Shown here piece after piece: positions 25,755-32,000 of a stretch of 32,000 nucleotides of DNA (the first letter of the stretch is position 1; each line of letters opens with the position of its first letter). The stretch comes from Acaryochloris marina S15. GTDB taxonomy: Bacteria; Cyanobacteriota; Cyanobacteriia; Thermosynechococcales; Thermosynechococcaceae. The translations under genes were made by a program, and so were the position numbers. The stretch covers positions 2,880,001-2,912,000 of the forward strand of contig NZ_CP064923.1 of the NCBI RefSeq assembly GCF_018336915.1, read 5' to 3'. Under the pieces are notes generated by a model. The model searched no databases. It worked only from the letters and a program-made list of their open reading frames with translations, and was not told the DNA's origin.

Positions 25755-26552
25755 TCATTTTTTTGTGAAATAAAATCCAAAGTAGCTGCTGACAAATTGA
25801 TCTGGATGAAAAGGGATTAAACAAGTCCTAGGCTCTTCCCAGCTTTTTACCAATTGATATCCTTGTACTTCCAAGTCGTGAATAAATTGGGTACGCCCTT
25901 GAATCTTATACGGACAGCGAGAAAATTTTAAATTTTGAATAGTGAAGAAAGTGTTGCCGTCATAACAAGGAATATAATTGACCAATAAGTGCTTTGGCTT
26001 ATGGGGTAACTGATCTATAAGTTCTGACAATGATTGGTCAAGATATTGTAGAGCGCCATTTGTAAGTAATAGATCTACAGATTTAGTCTGCTTTAAATCA
26101 GTGATAAAGGATAGATTAGGACAGTGATTTCTAGTGGCAATATCCTGGCCGACTTTGACTGCTATAGGGACATCATAAACCATCCAACTTAAAGATTCAG
26201 AAAAGTCAAGTGCTTGTTTGAAAGCATAGTAGTCAATTCCAACACCACCTCCTATATCTAGAACACTTGATATATCTTTAAGTGCCGTTTCAAATGGTTC
26301 CAATAGGGGGGTATTGATAGGGCGAAATAGGCTGAGATCTCTATTGGGCTTATGATGTGCCTCTTGAATATCATAGTCTGATCTAAATTTGGAAGGTATT
26401 GAATTTTTTGCTTCCTTAAAGCCTTCATAAACGCCTTTATAAAGGTTGGCTCCATAAGGATATTTGAGGTAATAGTAAATATCTGCAACAGCTGGAGTCG
26501 ATTTGAAGCGTTCTTTCGAAAAACCTTGAGCCTTTTTAAGGATGGTACTCAT
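25755..26552 (-). CDS. SAM-dependent methyltransferase (TIGR04325/LIC12133-like, tentative subfamily)
   Basis: Motif I is VLDIGGGVGIDYY. The N-terminal YKGVYEGFKEA resembles the GVY-x-S/G-x-x-EA start of TIGR04325 members. The ATG (26552-26550) overlaps the PKS stop TGA (26551-26549). Confidence 0.8.
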   Translation of the reverse strand: MSTILKKAQGFSKERFKSTPAVADIYYYLKYPYGANLYKGVYEGFKEAKNSIPSKFRSDYDIQEAHHKPNRDLSLFRPINTPLLEPFETALKDISSVLDIGGGVGIDYYAFKQALDFSESLSWMVYDVPIAVKVGQDIATRNHCPNLSFITDLKQTKSVDLLLTNGALQYLDQSLSELIDQLPHKPKHLLVNYIPCYDGNTFFTIQNLKFSRCPYKIQGRTQFIHDLEVQGYQLVKSWEEPRTCLIPFHPDQFVSSYFGFYFTKK

Positions 26553-29500
26553 GCTATTCCTCCCACTTTTAAATATTTCCCCTGACGGTTGGGGTCCGGG
26601 ATATACCAGGCTGGATTCCCATCAGGATCTCGTCCTAACTTGGCACCCAGTCGCGGAGGTTGGTTGGCATTGAATCGATTGATCGTATTCTGAGTCTGCT
26701 CGGCTTGGAGGTTCCTGGGTAGTAATTCCGCGATTTGCAATTCGGTGATACTGTCCTTAAAGGCTTGGGCAACAAACTCAATATCTGCATCAGTGTGAGC
26801 CAAGGTAAAGAAGCAGGGCCGATATTCCCAAACATGTATCCCTTTAGATCTCAGCAGATAAAAGAGCAATCCACCGTAAGTAACATCATCGTCATAGGTA
26901 ATATAGAAGAATGAGCTAAAGGATTTCACCTGGACCGAAGCCCCAACTTGAGTGCAAAATTGCTGCAAATGTGACGTAAGTTGCGTTACTTTTTGCGCTA
27001 ATTCAAGTTGAGGTGTTGGCCCCAATGATTTGAGTTTCAGTAATACTGCTTCTGCCGCAGCCAACGCCAAGGGATGACGGACAAACGTCCCAGCAAAAAA
27101 GGTAACCCCGACTTCTGGAATTGAGTCATCGCCAAACTGCCACTGTCCCCCATCCAGGGAATCCATATAATCTGCTTTACCAGCCACAATTCCAATGGGA
27201 AGGCCTCCACCTACTACTTTTCCATAGGTGGCCAGATCGGCTTGAATGCCGAAATAGGCTTGGGCCCCTCCTGGATGGACCCTAAATCCAGTCACCACTT
27301 CATCAAAGATCAGGGTTGTTTCTGTATCCGCAGTGATGGTACGCAATTCTTGGAGAAATTCTACGGGTTGCAGGCCAGGATCTCTACTCCGAACCGGTTC
27401 GACGAGTACCGCCGCAATCTTATCTGCCCGCTGACGAATCATGTCTAAGGATTCAATGGTCCCATATTCAAGCACCAGAAGATTCTCAAACATGGAAGGC
27501 ATAATTCCAGGGGCTGCAGGTAGGGTTTTCTGATTGGCCCCAGCTCGATACAGAACTTCATCAAAGGTACCGTGATAGTCGCCTTTGAAGGTCACCACGA
27601 GGTCGCGTCCCGTCACCGTTCGAGCCAGACGCAGTGCAGCCATCACTGCTTCAGAACCCGTGTTGCAAAAAGCTACGCGATCCATGCCGGTAAACTCAGA
27701 AACAAGCTTGGCCACTTTGCCTGCTAGGGGTGTTTGGGGACCAATTTCAAAGCCTTTCTCCATTTGGGCAATAACGGCCTGGGTCACAAAGTCGGGATTC
27801 CAACCAAAGAAATTCAAACCAAACCCATTGGTGATATCCACATATTCGTTGCCATCAACGTCCCACAATTTAGCTCCGGAAGATCGCTCGACCACAATGG
27901 GATAAACCATTTCTTTCAGAAGAGGGGTAAATCCCGAAACGGTTCTTGGATCGGCGAGATAGGGGCGGTGTTTTTCAGTCTGTCGTTTAGATTCTTGCGT
28001 TTGAGTTGTATAACACTGGATCAAGTCATCTAGATAAGACTGCTGTGCAGTCGTTAGAGCAGTAACTTGGATCTTTTTGATTTTGGTCCCAGGACCGTGA
28101 GATTTTGCGGGTGGTGTTGAGCTGGCTTGAGAGGGGCCTCTGTTGTGAGCACTATTCCTCTTATCTCCCTCTGGGGATAAATCAATATCTGAAGTTGCGG
28201 AACTAATGGGAAGCGATTGAGCACCATTCACGACTGCAGGTGTAGAACCACCCTGTTGGACCTGCTGAATCAAGGCAAGCTGTTGAGAAAGAATTTGCAA
28301 CTGTTGGCTCATTAAGGCTTCTACCATACTGCCAGAGAGAGGGGAAGAAGCAGCAGGCACACCATTGAGATAAGAACCATTAGTGGTGCCATTGGCATAG
28401 GAAATGGCTGTGACCATTGATTCTGGGGTAGGAGACTCCAAAGGAGGCGACGGTGAGGGAGCTGGAAAGGCTTCAGGCGGGAGGGATTGATCGAGATGAT
28501 TGGCAACAGCCTGGATAGAACTATAGTCTTCTAACAGGTGACGGAAACTAATTTTGACTTTGAATTTCTTTTTCAGGGATAGGGCAATTTGGGTTAAGGA
28601 TAAAGAATCCAGTCCCATTTCTAAGAAGGTGGCTTGGTGATCGGCATCCACTAGATCTAGACCTGAGGCTGTTTCTAGAATCTCTTTAATCAAAGGGGTT
28701 AATCGTTGAGGTCGTGTTTCTGACATGGTGCGTTGGGGAGGAGGTTGAACGGGATCTGCAACAGAAGAAGCACTGGGGGATGAAGAAGTGGTCACTTGCT
28801 TAGAATTCGTCCGAGCTGGTAGTGGATCAATCCAATACCGCTGACGTTCAAAGGGATAAGTCGGTAAGGGGACTCGATGGCGGTATTCATGGCGATAAAG
28901 CTGTTGCCAATCAAGGGTGACCCCAGCTAACCAAAGCTGGCCCAGGGCTCTAGTTAGCGCTTTCCATTCTTGTTGGTCAGCAGCCGTTTTACTGAGGGAA
29001 GCGATGGCGACTTGCGTTTGCTCATCTCTAATTTGTTGACGGGCTAAGGTCGTGGTTGTCGTCCGTGGACCTACTTCCAATAAAATACGGTCGGGCTGCT
29101 GCCACAGGGTTTTCACGCTCTCGGCAAACCGGACTGTGGCACGCAAGTGATCCGCCCAATATTGCGGATCGGTGGTTTGGCTCTCAGTGATCCATTCTGC
29201 TGTGGCTGTTGAAACAAACGGAATTTGAGGAGGAAATAGAGAAATATCGGCACAAAGGGCTTTGAAGGGAGCTACCATGTCATCCATCATTGAGGAATGG
29301 AAGGCATGGGATGTGTGTAACCGTTTGCAAGCCATTTCCTCGATGCTTAAGGTCGCTTCTAGGGCCTCGATGGCAGGTGTGGGGCCAGAGATTACACAAA
29401 GACTAGGACTGTTGATGGCTGCGATCGCAAGTTGATCCGTCAAATATGGGCGGACTTGATCCACCCCAGAGCGCACAGACAACATGGAGCCAGCAGGTAG

Positions 29501-32000
29501 CTCCCACATCATCTTGCCTCGGGCTGCAATCAGCTTCAGGCCATCTTCTAGGGAGAAGACTCCAGCCAAACAGGCCGCCACAAATTCGCCAATACTATGG
29601 CCCATCAGGGCAACGGGTTGAAGTCCCCAGCTCATCCACAATTGAGCGAGCGCATATTCCACCACAAACAAGGCTGGCTGGGTATAAATCGTCTTTTTCA
29701 GCTCCGCGGCGGCGGCTTCTTCCTGTCCAGATTCAGGATAAAGGAGCGTGCGAATATCGAAATTGAGATCCTGATGGAGCAGCTCAGCACACTGATCCAC
29801 AATTGACTGAAACAGGGGTTCCGACTGATAAAAGTTCAGCCCCATATTCACGTACTGTGACCCTTGCCCTGGGAAGACAAAAACCACCTCGCGATCGCGA
29901 CCCATCGTTTCTCGGGTCCCTGTTGTATCCGGACTTAGAGCCTCTAGGTTTTCACAGGCATCCGTAGACCCTTGGCACAGGATAAAGCGACGATACTTAA
30001 AGGGCGTTCGCCCAACTTGCAGAGTATGGGCAATATCAGCCAGATTCACAGAGGTATCGGCCTGGAGAAACTGCCGTAAATTGCTCGATGCTTGCTCTAA
30101 AGCAGTGGCCGTCTTCGCGGACAGTAACAAGAGTTGATAGGGGTGCGAGGGACCCGATGCATTGAATTTCGGTGGCTCTTCTAAGACCACATGGGCATTG
30201 GTGCCCCCCACCCCAAAAGAGCTGACCCCCGCTCGTCGTGGGGTTTCCTGAAGGGGCCACGCCGTCTGTTGGGTATTGACGAAAAAGGGGCTATTTTCAA
30301 AGTCTATCTGGGGATTGGGGGTGGTATATCCCAAGCTGGGGGGCAATGTTTTGTGGTAGAGCGCGAGAGCAGTTTTGATCAATCCAGCAATCCCTGCCGC
30401 TGCCACCGTATGGCCAATATTGCCCTTCACCGACCCAATTGCACAAAACTGTCGCTTAGATGTTGACCCTTGAAAAGCTTGCGTTAATGCTTCTACCTCA
30501 ATGGGATCGCCCAGGGGAGTCGCTGTGCCATGGGCTTCGATATAATCAATGGACTCTGGATCAAATCCAGCTTCCGCCTGGGCCTGAAGAATGGCTCCAG
30601 CCTGCCCTTTAACGCTAGGAGCTGTAAAACTGACCTTATCGGCTCCGTCATTATTGATGCCTACCCCTTTGAGGACGGCATAAATTCGATCGCCCTCTTC
30701 TAAGGCATCGGCTAAGCGCTTCAGAACCACTAGGCCAGCACCACTGTTGAATGTGGTGCCTTTGGCCTCCGCATCAAAGGGACGGCAATGGCCATCGGGG
30801 GATAAGATCCCTTCTTCTTGGTATAAGTAGCCGATATTCTGAGGGGTGGAAATCGAGATCCCCCCAGCCAACGCCAAATCACAATCGCCCTTTAATAGTC
30901 CTTGATAAGCCTGAATCGTCGCCACGAGGGATGTCGAGCAGGCCGTACTAACACTGACACTAGGACCCGTCAGATTTAATTTGTAGGAGGCACGGGTAGG
31001 GACAAAGTCTTTTTCATTCGCCAACATCGTCTGGAACGCCCCCAAACGGTTCACAATCTCAGGGCGTCCACATAAATGCCGCTCAAAATAGGTATTTTGA
31101 CCAGACCCTGCGTACAATCCAATTTTTCCGGCGTACTGGTTAGGCGCATAACCAGAATTTTCTAAGGCTTCCTGGGCGAGTTCTAACAACAGTCGCGCCT
31201 GGGGATCCATAATTTCAGCTTGGCGGGGACTGATACCAAAAAAGGCGGCATCAAACCCCTCAGCTCCGTCGACTACGCCTTTCGCTCGAACATAGTTCGG
31301 ATCAGTCCGCAGATCTGCATCGACACTGGGGTCAATTTGATCCACGTCAAAAAAGGTAATCGACTCCTTACCGTTGCAGAGATTAGACCAAAACGCATCG
31401 ATATTTTGCGCTCCAGGGAAGCGACCCACCATTCCAACAATGGCGATACCCGCTTCAGGTTGTGAGGGCTGGGGGGATATCGAAGGACGAGGGGCGGTCT
31501 GAGTGGGATAGGATTGGGTGAGATATTGGGCCAGTCCTCGAATCGTTGGATATTCGTATAGCTTAACGGCCCGCAACGGCTGTCCCAACTCCGTCGATAA
31601 ACGCGATGCCACCTGTAAGCTCAGAATTGAGGTGCCACCAACATCAAAGAAATTATCGTCTGTGCCAACTTGCTCCAGTCCTAAAATGTCACACCACAAG
31701 TCAGATAGGCGTTTTTCTAGGGTTGTCCGAGGAGCCACTGCGTTAGTCACGGTTGTATGGGATTTAGGTAAATTCCGTTTATCGACCTTGCCATTGGGCG
31801 TCAGTGGAATGGCATCGAGCCCGATCAGAGTTGCAGGCACCATGTATTCGGGCAATCGTTGCTTCAAGTCCTGCTTGATGGTGTCTAGATCTAACGTCAT
31901 CCCTCGGGCAGCAGTCACATAACCTACAAGCTGCTTATGGGTAGGAGGGTCTTCCTCTACGATTGCGATCGCATCTTGAATCGCATCATGTTGGCGCAAT
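26549..32000 (-). CDS. hybrid NRPS-PKS, 5'-truncated by the window edge: (A)-PCP-KS-AT-ACP-aminotransferase
   Basis: The frame is open to the edge. A9/A10: LPEYMVP, PLTPNGKVDKRNLP. PCP: FFDVGGTSILS. KS: GIAIVGMVGRFPGA, STACSTSLVA, EAHGTATPLGDPIE, GNIGHT. AT: FVFPGQGSQ, GHSIGE, HAFH. ACP: LEMGLDSLS. Class-III PLP aminotransferase: CNTGSEAVMAALRLAR, FDEVVTGFR, TYGKVVGGGLP. Confidence 0.95.
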   Translation of the reverse strand, partial: LRQHDAIQDAIAIVEEDPPTHKQLVGYVTAARGMTLDLDTIKQDLKQRLPEYMVPATLIGLDAIPLTPNGKVDKRNLPKSHTTVTNAVAPRTTLEKRLSDLWCDILGLEQVGTDDNFFDVGGTSILSLQVASRLSTELGQPLRAVKLYEYPTIRGLAQYLTQSYPTQTAPRPSISPQPSQPEAGIAIVGMVGRFPGAQNIDAFWSNLCNGKESITFFDVDQIDPSVDADLRTDPNYVRAKGVVDGAEGFDAAFFGISPRQAEIMDPQARLLLELAQEALENSGYAPNQYAGKIGLYAGSGQNTYFERHLCGRPEIVNRLGAFQTMLANEKDFVPTRASYKLNLTGPSVSVSTACSTSLVATIQAYQGLLKGDCDLALAGGISISTPQNIGYLYQEEGILSPDGHCRPFDAEAKGTTFNSGAGLVVLKRLADALEEGDRIYAVLKGVGINNDGADKVSFTAPSVKGQAGAILQAQAEAGFDPESIDYIEAHGTATPLGDPIEVEALTQAFQGSTSKRQFCAIGSVKGNIGHTVAAAGIAGLIKTALALYHKTLPPSLGYTTPNPQIDFENSPFFVNTQQTAWPLQETPRRAGVSSFGVGGTNAHVVLEEPPKFNASGPSHPYQLLLLSAKTATALEQASSNLRQFLQADTSVNLADIAHTLQVGRTPFKYRRFILCQGSTDACENLEALSPDTTGTRETMGRDREVVFVFPGQGSQYVNMGLNFYQSEPLFQSIVDQCAELLHQDLNFDIRTLLYPESGQEEAAAAELKKTIYTQPALFVVEYALAQLWMSWGLQPVALMGHSIGEFVAACLAGVFSLEDGLKLIAARGKMMWELPAGSMLSVRSGVDQVRPYLTDQLAIAAINSPSLCVISGPTPAIEALEATLSIEEMACKRLHTSHAFHSSMMDDMVAPFKALCADISLFPPQIPFVSTATAEWITESQTTDPQYWADHLRATVRFAESVKTLWQQPDRILLEVGPRTTTTTLARQQIRDEQTQVAIASLSKTAADQQEWKALTRALGQLWLAGVTLDWQQLYRHEYRHRVPLPTYPFERQRYWIDPLPARTNSKQVTTSSSPSASSVADPVQPPPQRTMSETRPQRLTPLIKEILETASGLDLVDADHQATFLEMGLDSLSLTQIALSLKKKFKVKISFRHLLEDYSSIQAVANHLDQSLPPEAFPAPSPSPPLESPTPESMVTAISYANGTTNGSYLNGVPAASSPLSGSMVEALMSQQLQILSQQLALIQQVQQGGSTPAVVNGAQSLPISSATSDIDLSPEGDKRNSAHNRGPSQASSTPPAKSHGPGTKIKKIQVTALTTAQQSYLDDLIQCYTTQTQESKRQTEKHRPYLADPRTVSGFTPLLKEMVYPIVVERSSGAKLWDVDGNEYVDITNGFGLNFFGWNPDFVTQAVIAQMEKGFEIGPQTPLAGKVAKLVSEFTGMDRVAFCNTGSEAVMAALRLARTVTGRDLVVTFKGDYHGTFDEVLYRAGANQKTLPAAPGIMPSMFENLLVLEYGTIESLDMIRQRADKIAAVLVEPVRSRDPGLQPVEFLQELRTITADTETTLIFDEVVTGFRVHPGGAQAYFGIQADLATYGKVVGGGLPIGIVAGKADYMDSLDGGQWQFGDDSIPEVGVTFFAGTFVRHPLALAAAEAVLLKLKSLGPTPQLELAQKVTQLTSHLQQFCTQVGASVQVKSFSSFFYITYDDDVTYGGLLFYLLRSKGIHVWEYRPCFFTLAHTDADIEFVAQAFKDSITELQIAELLPRNLQAEQTQNTINRFNANQPPRLGAKLGRDPDGNPAWYIPDPNRQGKYLKVGGIA
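26720..27982 (-). other. in-line class-III (GSA-aminomutase-like) aminotransferase domain
   Basis: The PLP lysine is in TYGK (codon 27218-27220). It is preceded by a P/S/Q-rich linker of about 165 aa. The protein ends about 55 aa after the domain. Confidence 0.85.
28490..28708 (-). other. acyl carrier protein domain
   Basis: FLEMGLDSLSLTQI, with the Ser codon at 28604-28606. Confidence 0.85.
29000..29887 (-). other. acyltransferase domain, malonyl-type motifs
   Basis: GQGSQ is present. GHSIGE has its Gly codon at 29600-29602. The HAFH motif is associated with malonyl-CoA selection. Confidence 0.85.
30176..31453 (-). other. ketosynthase domain (fragment aa 183-608)
   Basis: Active-site Cys is in STACSTS. 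The His residues are in EAHGTATP and NIGHT. Confidence 0.9.

Noticed and set aside
26258-26488. 76-aa minus-strand ORF inside the methyltransferase gene in another frame
   Set aside because: It is entirely nested in the 265-aa ORF, which carries a clear SAM-binding motif. This is an alternative-frame artefact of AT-rich sequence.
17901-31922. Numerous plus-strand ORFs antisense to the NRPS/PKS genes (for example 20664..21056, 23155..23436, 27585..28033, 29446..29806, 31518..31922)
   Set aside because: All are embedded in long minus-strand ORFs with unambiguous megasynthase motifs. GC-richer coding DNA commonly yields long antisense ORFs.

Overview
The window looks cyanobacterial: I saw six exact HIP1 octamers (GCGATCGC) by eye. 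No rRNA, tRNA or CRISPR array was recognised. It splits into three blocks.

(1) 1-6.1 kb: five plus-strand orphan genes separated by long AT-rich spacers. They are a hypothetical protein, a lipoprotein, a DUF4388-like protein, a Tll0287-like c-heme sensor with a HAMP domain but no output domain, and a zinc-ribbon membrane protein.

(2) 6.4-14 kb: a 1573-aa exoprotein with G8, beta-helix and PKD regions and 43-45 uninterrupted RTX nonapeptides. It is transcribed divergently from a 599-aa secreted protein across a 1-kb spacer. That spacer holds a 124-bp MITE-like element with 20-bp terminal inverted repeats and a 7-bp duplication.

(3) 14-32 kb: a 1460-bp IS element, then a minus-strand hybrid NRPS-PKS gene cluster that runs off the right edge. 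Its order is ...A-PCP-KS-AT-ACP-aminotransferase, methyltransferase, membrane acyltransferase, C-A-PCP, docking-C-A-PCP-TE, sulfotransferase.

The main second-look items:
- The cluster as a whole, which I cannot match to a known pathway from memory.
- Its terminal NRPS module, which keeps a 4.1-kb open frame but has non-canonical C and A catalytic motifs.
- The strong AT-richness of the three glycan-type tailoring genes embedded in it.

All domain calls come from hand motif reading. No database search was run.
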